NCBI GenBank assembly: GCA_020536535.1
Contig: JAHLWZ010000857.1
Span: 6,821-70,820, forward strand
Direction of reading: 5' to 3'
Source of the DNA: Pelomyxa schiedti
Lineage: Eukaryota > Protista > Evosea
Length of the DNA stretch: 64,000 nucleotides
Under the pieces are notes generated by a model, which ran no database searches, was not told the DNA's origin, and saw only the letters and a program-made list of their open reading frames with translations. The translations under genes were made by a program, and so were the position numbers. Positions 39,784 to 53,067 of the stretch are shown here, one piece after another. Position 1 is the stretch's first letter. Every line of letters starts with the position of its first letter.

Positions 39784-40869
39784 ATGGATTTCGTAAAGAT
39801 ACTAGACAGCCGGGACACCACAACTTGTGTTCTGGCGTCGGACAGGGCAACCTGCACCCAAGCGGGTATTACTTATGATTCGATTGATGGGCTGTTGTGC
39901 CCGCAAACAACTTTTCGACACATAAGCTCCCCTTATGCTTATCGCCAGTGTATGTGATACAGAAGAGGGCAGCCAATGAAGAGGAGGCGAGGGGCGTTGT
40001 GGAAAGAGGAGTGGCGTGCGATGCAACTCTGGTGCAAAGGAATGACAAGTATGCCCAGTACTCAGTTACTGTACCAGACCAAATCACAGTTAACACCATT
40101 TTCCCCGCCACACCAAAGTAAGTCCTTTATTTTTCTTCGCTAAGGGTTGACGGCATTGCAATTTCAACTTTAGGGATATTGCAAAATATTCTCATGTTAA
40201 CAGCTTCGTTCTGCGGGAAACTCCTGCACTTTATCACTCAGTTACCCTTCCCTATGTAGATTCCTTGCCTGCCGAAGAACTATCTTGGGTAACTCATTTA
40301 ATTGATGGTACTTCCCACCTAAGGCTATTTGGAACTCCTAACTTCCTCATTTTCAGGTACAAGCGAACAGGACCGCGTTCTCTGTCAGTCGCCCACAATG
40401 GTCCTCGTAAAGGACACAAAGTGGCACACAAGTGATGCGAGTTCCATGTATCTTCTTGCTATAATCAAGTTCCCTCCGGGAAGGAATTTGCGCAGCATCA
40501 GGGACCTGCGTGGCGACGATGTGCCAATGCTACTCGACGTCAAGGAGGCAACTTTGAAAATAGCCCTTGAAAGGCAAGGTTTGAAATGGCTCGTTCCACA
40601 CTCACCCTCAACAAAATACCAGATTTGGTGTGAAGCCCCGTGACATCTTGGTGTTCTTCCACTACTTCCCATCCTTCTGGCATTTGCACCTGCACTTTGT
40701 GTGTGTGAATTCTGGCAGTTCGTTTGGCAGGAACAACTCGGCTGGAAAGGCCATTCTTTTGGATGATGTCACTGACAATCTCCTCTCTGACCCATCATAT
40801 TACGCAAACGCCAAAATCACTGTCATTATTGACAGCCCACAACTGGGTGCCCTCTTTGGGAATCTGTAG
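39784..40869 (+). CDS. DCPS: m7GpppX diphosphatase (scavenger decapping enzyme)
   Basis: NDKYAQY, TIFPAT, RETPALY...VTLPY, DTKW, YLLAI, LRSIRDL, the HIT motif HYFPSFWHLHLHF and GKAILLDDV. Includes GC-AG intron 40574-40622. Confidence 0.93.
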
Positions 40870-40901
40870 TAGCACAAATAAATTTTCAAATGCTTCGTAT
40901 T

Positions 40902-42789
40902 TTACGTTCTCCGTTTCTTTGGATCAGGTGGTGTTGCTTGTTGTTCTTGTATGGGGGTGTTTTGTGGGGGGTGTTCTGTTCCTTTGTTTGAGGGCAGTTC
41001 TTGTTTGGTGGCCTCAGTTCCTTTGATATTGGGTGTGTGTGTTGGGGTTTCTTCTGTTGTTGGTTCTTCCTCGGTGCTTTTTGGTGGGTTATTCTCGTTC
41101 GGTTTGGCAATGTCTGTTGTTGTACTGCCGGTGTTGTTACTTGTATTAGTTGTGTTTGTGGTGTTATCATCGGTTATTGTACTGCTGGTTTTGTTTGTTG
41201 ATACCTTTTCTGTGGGTGCTGAAGGTTCACAAGGTGCTGGTTCTTTCTCGGCGTTTTGGGGTGAAATAGTGTGGGAAGATGAAGATTTGTTTACTACAGG
41301 GGGCTGTGTTTCGGTGGACTTTGGTGGTGGGGGAGGTGGTGATGTGGATGAAGGAGTTGCGGGAGGTGGTGGTTGTGTATTAGACACATGTACTGTATTT
41401 TCCAAGCCTGTCCAAAGTCATTTCCATCAGTTTGTGGGAATGTGGTAGAAAGTGGAGACATACTCTGGGCTTGGATAGCTGGTTCTGTTTGTGGGAATTG
41501 CTCAGGAGCCATCAAATACTGTTGCTGCAGCAACATTTGCTGGTACTGAGCTATAAAGATGGATTATTCTATAACATCTTAAAGCACCGCCTCAGTTACC
41601 AGGGTCATAAGCATAAGGCATCATTCCGGCACACAGTGCCATTTGAGGGTCAATGGCGCCCGATTGCACCATGGCGGTTTGCTGCAAAACCCGTTTAACA
41701 AAGAGTTGAAAAAGGGAAGGGAGGGAACAGGAATGTACTAAGAAAGAAAAGATAGTGAAATGTTATAGAAGAGGCATAACCATTAGTTGGTAATCTGCGC
41801 CATAGTATGGCTGTAAAGTTTGGTCCAGAAAATCCCTGGAGGGAAACTTTACGTGGGATGAAAATGGGAAAAAGTTGTAAAAAGGATGCGAGGGAGTATC
41901 AATTAAACTTGAGGTGGAAAGGTACAAACCATACCGCGTTCGATTGTTGTTCACTTTGACAGTTAAATCTGTAAGGTGGGAAAATTGCACATCAATTGTA
42001 AACTGGCCAAGGGATTCTCCGGCATAGAATGTATAACTAGTGAACATCGTTTTTGCTTGTTTTGCTCCCTCAACCATGAAGTACTGAACTAAGGCTTGTA
42101 CTCCTACTTGAAAAGGGTGAACTGTGTAGAATGAATGTTGGTTTCTTTATAAACCAGCTTCTTTGTTCATAATGACTATCTTATGGATTTGCCCGTACTG
42201 TGAAAAAAGCTGATACACAAAATCGACATTGATGAGATTGAGCATGGTTTCTCCCAATTGTTCATGCATTGGATTATAGAAAGTAACGAGGATGATTTTA
42301 TTGCTCGTGCTTTCCGCACTGAGTTCTCCATGAATTGAGAACCCAGCATATACATTACGACCACTTAAAAATAAAACATAAGCTCAAACCAAAAATAGAT
42401 GGCAACCAAACCCTAGTCTAAGCTGTGATGTGGTGCTGTGACTAATGAAATTGATGGCTGCTGTTAAGTCCCTCATTTGTACCATAGCCTGCTTCTTTGC
42501 TTTCATCAAAACAACCTTCTCAACAGCCCCAAAAGGAGTGAATATAGAAAGTAATTCCTCCTTTTTTTTGTTTCGAGAAGAGTAAAGGGAGGTGGGGAAA
42601 AAAAAAAAGGAGTGAATACATCCAGTTATTACAAAATACATCTACAGACCACAAAACAAAGCAACGGCCAAAATACAAGCAGTGTGGCAGGGGATTAAAT
42701 ACTTGAGTAGTGTCAGTTGGCACATTGCGTATGTGTACCACACGCGATGGTGCTTTTTCAAACGACACCTGCCCAATTCTGCCTGACAT
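40902..42789 (-). CDS. PTB/hnRNP L-family RRM protein with long low-complexity C-terminus
   Basis: PSRVVHIRNVP, ELLSIFTPFGAVEKVVLMKAKKQAMVQM, ALVQY..VEGAKQAK and IDVQFSHLTDLTVKVNNNRTR. Confidence 0.85.
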
Positions 42790-43063
42790 TTACTTGACTG
42801 TTCACTCTTTAAGTTTTGTGTCCGCCGTTTCCCCTCACTCGTACTCCCCACAGTATTGGCACACCTTCCAGACCACAAACGCAATTGGCTCTTCAAATAA
42901 ACCCCTGGTACGAAAAAGGAAACGTGTGATGAGATTGCGATTTTTTGTTATTTGCAAGACTCACTGCACATGGTACAGTCAATGGTGGATTGTTTTGTTT
43001 TGAGTTTGTGTTGTGCTGCGCTACTGTGTGGTGGTTGCCTCTGGTGATAGTGGCGGTAGTGTC

Positions 43064-46000
43064 TTAAACAGCTTGCTGAGGATTTATGCCAATAGGATCG
43101 GGGTGTATACGTAGAAGTTCGATGACAGTTTTGCGTACTGCGTAGAGGAATTGAGCCATTCTGTCAGTGGTAAAGTACTTGTAAAGATTGTTGGAGGCTG
43201 AAGCCACGAGATCCGCTACCTGCAATCTGTTTATGGAGATAAGTGTGCTGCACACAAGCATTTGGGCATATACGCTTCTTTGAATTGCCCCCTTCGAAAG
43301 TATAAATCCTGTAATAACTCGACTGTCTTGGGGATGCAATACTTCTGTAGTGCCTTCAGTCGTTCTGTGTAGTGATTAGATTTGCTTCCAACCCAAATAC
43401 TTGATATTCTCAGGGGTGTCAAGAGAATTGCCTTCAATTAAAAAAAAAACATACCACTTTGTTCAGGGGTCACAGATTCGAGGAAGCCGGGCTGATGCTG
43501 CAGGAACAAAATCAAACCTTGTTCGGCATTGGTCGCTAGTGTAGATTCGAAACCCTGCCATTGTTGGTTTGCTAACTGATATGCTTCAGCTGCTTGCTGG
43601 TACAGGAGCCTTTCACTATAAAGACCCTTGGCACTGTTTGAGGAATTAATGGAGAGTTGTGAAGTCAGTATCTCACCCTGGGGGTGTGGGCGCCTGTGGC
43701 TGCTTTTGCTTGTGTTCATCCCACTTGTGACATACGTGTCTGGCTTCGAGGTATCTTCGTAATTCAAGGTATTCGATAGCAAGTTGATTATATTCATCTT
43801 TCTTCTGGAACGTGGGAGCCAAGTTGGGAAGTTTGAATACAATTGGTTCTGTAGCAGTTTGAATTGTAGAGAGCAGTTTTTGTGGTAGTGGGCACTCCTC
43901 TTCAGTAAGGAGCTTGGCATACTGAAACTTATCCAAAACTATGCAAGTATTAGGTGACAAATGACAGAGGAATAAAGTAAAGTACGGATAAGTTCTCCCA
44001 GTAACTCATTGGCTCGGCGAAGGGCCATCTCCCACTGTGTTTCATCAAAACAGAGCCACTTAATTGCGTCAACTCGCTTTTCGAACGTTGCTGTGTTGAT
44101 GGTCGAAGTGACAGAAACACTTGTGGCAGCTGCGCTGATGTTCGCTGTGATCTCAGTCTTGTTGAGATTCCACAGGTCAGCTAATTCAAGCATTTCTCGC
44201 CTGTCACTTGTGGGCACTCGAGATAAAAGGTTACTGTATGCAGAGATCCTTTCTTTGTCAGAAGGAATAAAGTAGCAATACAGTGCAACAAGATGAAACT
44301 GGTTTTACGAAGGTAAGTTAAGAAGATTCGTTGTTAGGCCAACCTGATGAGATTCAATCAAATGGTCAATATAATGGTTGATGATGATGATAAAAAGCCG
44401 TTTGATGTCCAAGGAAGGTTCAACAAAGTAAGGGGGGCATAAGTACAAAATGGCTAGATGCGTCGAGAAATGAAGTAAAGGAAGGGGGGGTGAAGTGGAA
44501 GCCCACTCCTTAAGGAGGGTAAAAATGCTGCTGATGTCATTTTGTATTATGGAGCATTGTAGCTGATGATATCGTGATGTAACTCCCGGCCTGAGATGTT
44601 GTTAAGAATCTCCTCCAATAAAAAGATAAGGGAGACCTGTCTTGGGTTGTGAGGAAAACGAAGATATCCTGAAGTTCAGAATATTTCGGACTCTCTCTAT
44701 CGAAAGTATAGGACATATCACCGGAAGACGGAATTTTGTACTTTCTGGCAAAGATGTATTACAATGAAGAACCAACCACGGGGAAAGGAGAGGCACTGGA
44801 CAGGTGCCTTAATTGATTTCAGTGTGGGTGTAGGAGTCCGTTGTGTGAGTGCCAAGAATGAAAGAGTAAACACGACAGTAAAAACACTTAGAAGAAGGGG
44901 AACCTACCTTAATTCCTCATCAATGTGGTATTCTAGCAAAGTTTTCGTGTGGAGCCACAGGAGGTCCTCCCACGAAGTGCATATTGGAAGGGCACAAGAG
45001 TGATTCCCTGAAAGAAGACCATAAATAGCTTTTTCGTAGATACTGTTAGATGTCTAGAAGGAGTAAGACAAAAAGACACTCATTACTCTCATACTTTACT
45101 CAGCATTGCACATGTTGATTTCCATAAAAATCTATTAGAGTTGCCGCAGACTTCGGTGGCTAAATATCGAGATACGTGAGCTCCTGGGGTAGTACAAGAT
45201 TACTAACCAGTCTGGAAATAGGGTAGAGCCCCCATTAGAGTGGCTGCCCTCCACTGCCGCTTGGCCGAACAGCAAAGATCAATGGCTGCTGGTAATTGGC
45301 CAGAACGCAGTAAGTTCCAAACGTCCTCTAACAACTGCTCTTCTAATTTCTACTTGAAAAATCAGAAATTCAAGAAATAAAGTTAACATACCTGATCCTC
45401 CGATGAAAGGTTACAGTCCGGGTCTATTGAGATGCTGTCATCGCTTCTATGCAACACAGTATCTTCCATCCAACCTTGGATATGATCAACGGCAAGTACA
45501 TTTGTACGAGGCGGAAGTTGTGCAGATAGTTCCAGCCAATCCACAATAATCTGGGTACAGTCAGGTAACATAACTCTAACTATAAGCACACCTTCAATTT
45601 TCTTAAGTGTGCACTACGGGCAAGAATGTCATTGATCGCTGTTTGGAGAGTGTATGTCTGGCTATTGTCTGCGGGCAAAGGAGAAATACTCCCGATTTTT
45701 TGTTCATTGGTTATCAGTTGCACCAGAGACCAAGTGGACCAGGCCCTATACAAGTGCTCATTCTGTAGTGGTGTTACAAAAAAGGAAAAGAGTGCCATAA
45801 CGCCGAGTTCGAGGAGAGAAAAATAGACCACACGTTGATAGAAGAAAGATCCATTGCTCTACTTAGCGCTTCAGTAATCCTACGGTTTCATAAGATGAAA
45901 CTCATTTGTTTGGAGTATGGAACTGGTTTTTTGCAGCCAAACACAAGTTGTTCGCGAGCCCACATTTATCAACAGAACGAAAATCCCTTTCGTGTCGTAC

Positions 46001-46515
46001 AAGTGGTACTCCATGTTCTGCAAGTACATCACACAGGGGTGACTTCTCGTCCATTGCAGACACAATAGTAGGAATCTCTTTGTGTGAACTTTAGGATTCA
46101 CATCCTCCTAGGAGGCATCTGGTACCTGGCTGATTAATCTTTTCAAAGACATCGCGGTCTCTGATGCTTCTCAGGTTCATTGACTCGGAGACTTTTTTTA
46201 AAAAAAATAAAAAAAAAAACAAGTTGCATTAGGAAAAATCAGCATGAACGAACATAGCTAAGGCGTGGAATGCATACATGTATCATCCATTCTATCCTGT
46301 TGCTGGTCCGCGGCGCCGTGAAAGGCAGGCAAAGAGTCAGCGAAGGAAACCCTCTTCGAGTGGCCGTCGGCGACCGCGCTACTGGCAGTCGCGGACATCA
46401 TTGGTACGTCGTTGTTGCGCGTAGTAGAAGATGTGGGCATGGCAGACGCAGTTGTGGGCTTGAACCCGGATCTACGATTACTGCGGTGCGCTGGTACTCC
46501 TCCGGTGGGCCTCAT
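43064..46515 (-). CDS. NUP107: Nuclear pore complex protein Nup107/Nup84
   Basis: TWSLVQL, IVDWLE, W.DT, IDPD, (R)GQAA, AIYGLLSGN, CTSWED, LVALYC and KRVDAIKWL motifs in the Nup107 order. Confidence 0.85.
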
Positions 46516-46792
46516 TGCTCTAACAATAAAAGCGAAATGCAAGAGTTAGATCCAGGGCCCACAACGCGGCTGAGAAGCCATCTTGTGACTGAAGGTATGT
46601 CCCTGTGGGAATATCTCGTCGACCCAAGTGGGAGCGTTCGGTGGTTCTCGCTTTGAGGGCGAAACGATCTGGAGTAAGAGTTGAAAAACTTGTGATGATG
46701 GAAAACTTCATCCTTTGAAGCAAAGGGGAAAAAAGCCCGACGGGCCGTAAACAAGTTAAAGACACAAACAGACGTGCACCCCACGCTCCGAA

Positions 46793-49700
46793 ATGAGTGA
46801 CGTTGTCGATTTCCTCGATAGCTTCGACGATGCGTCGGCCGTGGACCCCGCGGCGGCCCCGGGCCCCACGCCGGGCGCCGCGCCCGTACCGCAGCCGCCC
46901 CCGCAGCAGCAGCACCAACAGCCCCCCTTGCAGCTCCAGCTCTTGCACGCGGCGGCGTCCCCCGCCGCGTCCCCACCCACCGTCGCGCCCTCGCCGCCCA
47001 CGCCCACGCCGACGCCCGCGCCAACACCCGCCGACGCAACCGCGTCCGTCTCCGCGGCGCCCGCGGTCAACGCCGCCAGGGACGTGGTCGGCTCCCCCGC
47101 TGTGGTCCTGGCCTCGTCGCCCGCGGCGGCCGACCTCGCCCGGGGCGCCTCCTCCTCCTCGTGCTCCGCCGACGCGCTCCCCGAGGAGCCCCCGCGCTCG
47201 CCCTCCCCCGACTCCGCGCCCCTGCAGCAAAGAGAGCAGCAACAGAATGTCACAATGACGATGCCCACGGCGCCCGCCGAGCCGGCGCCCGACCCCGACC
47301 CCGATCGCGATTGTGGGACCGAGCTCGCGGTGCGTGGTTTTGACCACGATGGCGTTGGCGGCGGCACTAGCGCCACATCAGGTCCTGAGGCCTACACGCC
47401 AATTTCGCCCGCGCAGTTGCAGCAGCTGGAATCAACCCCAGACAGAACCCCTGGCCTGAGCTTCGAGGAGCACATGCAGATGGAGTCCCGCGGCGACATC
47501 AACATCATGATGTCCGAAGGCGGGCCAGACGACGGCGGCGTCACCGTTGGGATCGAGGGAAGCATCATGGGCAGCGCGGACGACGGCCAAGTGGTGGTGG
47601 AGGGGTCCAACTTGGGCGCGCCGGCGGACCCGCAGTCCTTGGCGGCGCTGGGGAGCGCGGCGGCCAAGAAGGAGTACGACATCCCCGGCGGGGGAGATTC
47701 TTCGCTACAAGGCACCGCGGCCTCCTCTCACGCCGCGGATAAGAAGCCCGAAGGCGGCGGCGGCAAAGAGGGCGGGCGAATTATCCACCTGAAGGACCGC
47801 GGCCGCCTTGATTACTTGGAAAAGGACCGCAAGAACGCGGCGCTGGACAAGGATTTGAAGGCGAGGCCGACGAGCATTAGGGACGCGCGAGGCAGTCGAG
47901 ATTCGGACCCCAAGCTGCGAGATGGCATCAGAGCTTATGATAAAAACAAGCCTGCGAGAAGTGATAGGGAAGATAGAGTTTTCAGAAAGGAATCTCCTGA
48001 AAGGGAAAGAGACAGAGACAGAGACCGAGACCGAGAGAGAGACAGGGACCGCGACAGGGACAAAGATCATAACCACTCCAAGGAAAAAGAACGAGAACGA
48101 GAACGAGAGCGAGAAAGGGACAGAGATAGAGAACGAGAAAGAGAACGGGAACGAGAAAGGGAAAAAGACCGAGACAGAGAAAGAGAACGAGAACGCGAAA
48201 GAGAAAGAGATCGAGACAAGGAAAGAGACAGGGAAAGAGATAGAGACAGAGATAGGGATAGAGAGTTGAGAACCACAAAGGACAGGGAGCGGGAGAAAGA
48301 GAAAGATGCCCGTCACACCCGACACGATTCTGTAGAGACACTGTGTGTTAGGGGTTTACCTGAAGACCTATCAGAGGACTCCCTGAGAGGTTTGGTATCC
48401 AAGTACGGTCACCTTGAAAGAGTCTACAAACTTAGTGGAAGAAGGTTTCATTCTCCTGTTGTTTATCAATTTTACAGTACTCAGTTATGGCTTCATGCAA
48501 TATACAACTGCGGACAACACACAAACCGCCAAACGGGCATTGGACAATTTTCGACTCGGCTCATGTGTTCTCAGGACTTTATTCATGCGGGTTATCTGCC
48601 TCTGGCCCCCAAATTCGTTGACAAAATGATTCTAAAATATTCAAATTAGGGATGGCCAGCGCATACAATGATTGTAGAGAATGTAGCACCTTCTGACCAG
48701 GCTAAAATGGAGGACTTAGCCAATCATTATGGAATTGCCACAGTGAAAAAGGTTCACCTCGTGTGACTCTTTAGTGTCACCAAATATGTTAGCAGGCTCC
48801 TGAAATGGACACATGGCTAATTACATTTCCTTCTATAGCTGAATGTGTGTCTGCATGTGTTCATATGCATGAGAAGAAAGTTGGCCCCAGAGTGATTAAA
48901 ACTGGATTTTGGATGGTGACCTCCTTCTTATGTTCCCTATCGATCCTGATCTCCTTTCACCAAGAAGGGAGATGATGAACAGCATACACATGACCATACC
49001 TATAGCAATTCTAGTACCCCTATGGTGTCAGGCTCTCGAAGTGAATCAAGACACTTGTTTGTTGGAAATTTGGATGAGAGTGTGTCCAAAGAAACTCTTG
49101 CTGAGACATTTGGTGTATATGGCTCTATTGAAGATGTGAAGATTTTTTATGGAAGGGGGTATGGCTTTGTGGACTTCACCAGCACACGTGTGTCAATTGC
49201 CCTGTTTTTTTACCTTTACATTTATCTTTTCTGTTGCTGCTCTGCTATTGTGGTCACATTTGCTTCATTTGCATGTTTTCAGAAAGTGCGTGTGTGGCAA
49301 TGAAAGAACTTCAGAACAAAGTCTTTGGGACTCTACCAATATGCATCAAATTTGGCAAGGTGTTTAGATAACTTCTCTGCATTGGCAAATGAATATTCCA
49401 TCGCACAAAACAGCATACATTCAAGTTCCTTGCGTTGAATCTCATGTTTTTCAGGGGAGACCTTGCTCACAATTGTGTGTGTCAAGTATACCTCCACAGA
49501 TGACAGAAGATGAGCTCAAAGCCATCTTTGAGCATTACGGTGTGTGAAACATAATGATTGTGGTGGCATAATGAATGTGGTGGAACTACACTGTTCACTG
49601 CAAAATGATAATGTGATACATCAATGTGAAATGCTCAAACATCATTTATTCAATGTGGCAACTCAAAAAACAAATGTGCAAAAACTTGCAAATTATGCAA

Positions 49701-52056
49701 TTGTTCAACATCTTGCATCATTCCTCCCATGAACACTGTATCTGCAAAACATGAATATTCAATGTTACTTCAGCTGTGATTTGATTATTCTGTTTCCAAC
49801 AAATGATGTTTAGGGAGTGTCAGCAAACTTGCATTTTACCGGAACCAAGGCTGTGCAACTGTTGACTTTAGAAGCACCACAAGTGCGCGGGATGCATTGA
49901 AAGACCTGCAGACGCGATCCTTCCGTGGAGTTCAACTACAAGTTGGATTTGGTCGTGTAGGTGTCTAGAGTGCATATTAAAACTAAGACTTAATTAGGAA
50001 ACTACTGAGGATCCCAGGAATCAGTTGTCTTTCAAACCACAGGTATTTCTTTACTTTTCAGTTTCTTTTTCCTCACCAAAAATTTTCATCAGGTGAGTGA
50101 CCAGACAGCAAAACGGACTTTGCATGTGGGATTCCCACAAGATATGCGGTACTCGACTTCCAACTATGGACTTGGTTAACCAAATTTCCCATTGCCCAGA
50201 GTGGATCGACAGGCTTTGATAAACGCCTTTTCTCCCTACAGGGGAAATGTGAAACATCACCCTGGAAAACCTTATGCCTTTGTTATTTTCAACTCACGTG
50301 AACATGCGCATAAAGCAAAGCACGACTTAAGTGGCAGACTCTTGGGTGACTCGCGACTGAGTATTGAATTTGCAAAAATGGTAAGTGGAGACTGGTGTGG
50401 ATAAATGTTCACGTTTTGTAAAAAGGATCGAGAAATGAATGAAGGGTATTCTCCGATCTATGAGGGGAAACCTTCGCCTGTGCATGAGACCTCAGCTCAC
50501 TCTTTACCCCACACCGACAACCGCTCCCAAAGTTATCACGCAGAGGATGAGCAAGGTTTGTTTCAGATCTTTGTTTCTGTTGATGATCTCGGATTCAGGG
50601 CTTCCAAGGAAAAGACAATCGTCTCCACCATACGACTCTCAATCCACCAAGAAGATTAAGCCACAGTTGGCCCAATCAACACCCCAAATTCAACAATCCT
50701 CTGTACAGCCAGCAATTTCCACTCAACAAGGTTCTCAAATCATTCCGTCCCATAAAACTCTTGCCCTTAAACACGAAGCTCTGAGTGAAGCCCCCTCATC
50801 AGAGGTTAGTACTAAGCAAATAGGTTTTTGCCTCACTATTTGCAGGGTATGTGGAGACAAGAGGTATCTGCTCATACTGACGCATTAAATCCTGCGATAG
50901 GGTACAAAATTTCCCTCCTTCCTCGCTCTTACAAAACTTCAGCCCTGTGATGGATGGTGCACATGCCCAGCCACATTTCCCACTTAACACTGTTTCTGTC
51001 ATGGGAAGCCACCCACTAATGCAAGTACCCCAAGACGATCGCTACTCTGACATGAAGTATGCCCACTCTTTCTTTTCATTTTTTGACGGCGTTTTCTACA
51101 ATTAGTTATCACACTATGGCAATGGAACAATATGCTCACACCCAGATTGTAAATCCAGAAGTCCCGCGAGACCCAAGATTGGCAGTTAGTTCAACCCCAT
51201 CAGCAGAGAGTACTGCTGTACCTGACGCGCCAAATCAACATCACGACTTAGAGGAAGCTGCTCCACCTTCTTCACCTGTTTCCCCTCCTCCCTGTGCATG
51301 GACAGGTATTCTTGCCAAAGGTGATGTGGGTCTATGTCGATTGTCAGCTTACCATCACCGTGGACCCCACATTCAAGACTTAGTGTATGTCATTATCAGT
51401 AACCTCCTTCTTCTTATATCAACCTAGAGACCCTCTTCCAGATTCTTTAAATATAAAGAATCGCACAGATCTGAATAATTTGCCTTTGTATGTGCCTTTA
51501 GGACAGTCGTCAATGAGCTTCTTGGAGCCCTGTGAAGAGCATGATAAAGCTCCCTACCGCGAGTTTTATACCTATCTGTTGCAGAAAAATCGGGTTTGTT
51601 TGAGTTTGTTTGTTTCTTATCTGACATCACTCCCAGGCAGGGATGGGGAAAATGGGCAATTGCCATGTTTATGTCATCCCCTTATCAGCGCAGTCCGCAC
51701 AGCTGTTTGGTTCTCACCGCCGGGACCTTTTGCTTGTTGTAGTACCAGCTGCCTTAAGTAAGTCTACTGGCCAACAGTTTTCTTCAACCCCCTTTGGTGC
51801 GTACCAACAGCAGATGGTATCACCCACTGTGAACCCGCTGTCTCTGCCTGCCCATATGATGATGCAAACCGGCCTCCTTCAGCAAGTATCCTCTGACCCA
51901 GCAATGTATAGTGCCGCCGTTGCCCACGCCCAAGCAATTCAAGCACAAGCAGTTCAAACACAGGCCCAAGTGCAAGCGCAGCAGATGCAACTCGCCAGGC
52001 AAGCCAACATCCCAAACGCCGCCTACCAAGCCGCAATACAACAACAACAACAACAA

Positions 52057-52139
<83 letters not shown>

Positions 52140-52554
52140 ACAACAACCACCAAACGTGCCATCCCAAATGCTCCAAGCCCAAAGATATACAACCACTCAG
52201 CAGCAGCAACAGCAACAACAACACCTGCACACACAGGCCTCCTCCGCCAACGCCTCGGGGTCCAGCAGCCGCCGGCACCACTCGCGGTCCCGCTCCCGCT
52301 CCCCCGTCACGCACCACCACTCCTCCGGCGCCTCCGCCTCGTCGTCGTCCGGCAGCGGCGCCTCGGCCGCCGGCGGAGCCATGAAGAGAACGGGCTCGCA
52401 CGGGAGCAGCGGCCACGAGGGGGATTCCCGCAGCCAGGCCCCACCCCAGCAGCCGTCGTCTGGTGGCTCGTCGTCGTCAGGCGGGGGTCACTCCACCCAT
52501 TCTTCTTCCATGCGGTCCTCTGGGTCGTCATCAAATAGGTCATCACGCACGTGA
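46793..52554 (+). CDS. SPEN/FPA/RBM15-like protein: RE/RD repeat, several RRMs, SPOC domain, polyQ tail
   Basis: RRMs TLCVRGLP, RHLFVGNL...GRGYGFVDF and KPYAFVIF. SPOC-like WTGILAKG, LPDSLNIKNRTDL and FYTYLLQKNRAG...VYVIP. Confidence 0.85.
48001..48306 (+). repeat. Purine-rich coding repeat encoding (RE/RD)n
   Basis: GAGA/GACAGA-type repeats translating to RERDRDRDRDRERDRD... Confidence 0.9.
52039..52146 (+). repeat. CAA/CAG trinucleotide tract encoding Q36
   Basis: 36 uninterrupted Gln codons of mixed CAA and CAG. Confidence 0.95.
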
Positions 52555-53067
52555 ACAGAACCTGCCCACACGCAGGACTTGTTGGCTGACCCCCCCCTTG
52601 CCTGTTTCCATAACTGCCAATACTTCAGCTTGAGACAAGTTGTACAGGGCTTGGTTCCAGGCTTTGCAAATGCTAATTTCTTGTTTTGAATTTTAAAAAA
52701 GTTCGCAGTTTAGCACCCATAACAGTGCTTTGGACCTTTGCACTGAAAATAGAAGCAAGTGGCCTTAGGAAAAAGCTGGAGCATTGGCAAGACCCCATAA
52801 GGGGAACACAAAGTTTTAACAAGTCTGTCCCCTTCTCCCATTCAGGACTGAGAGTGTGTTGTGGGTGATGGGCTGCTTGTGAAACGTTCTGCTTACCTCT
52901 AAGTGGGGAAAAAGCCTTGTTCCATTCTTCTGAGGAACATTTTTGGTTTTTTGGACTCAACCTCAATGAACACTCCAAGACCTTGGGATCTGGTCGTTGG
53001 CAAATCAGATCTGGTCAGTCTTCTGAGAGTTCGGCGAAAGGACGCTCAAAAAAGCAAACAAAGGGAA

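Noticed and set aside
49541-49812. Unusually long AT-rich intron as a snoRNA host
   Set aside because: No convincing C/D box pair with a terminal stem, and no H/ACA structure, could be identified by eye.
39784-52554. Apparent RNA-processing cluster (DCPS, PTB-like, NUP107, SPOC protein)
   Set aside because: Mixed orientations and common housekeeping classes in a dense genome, so chance adjacency is sufficient.
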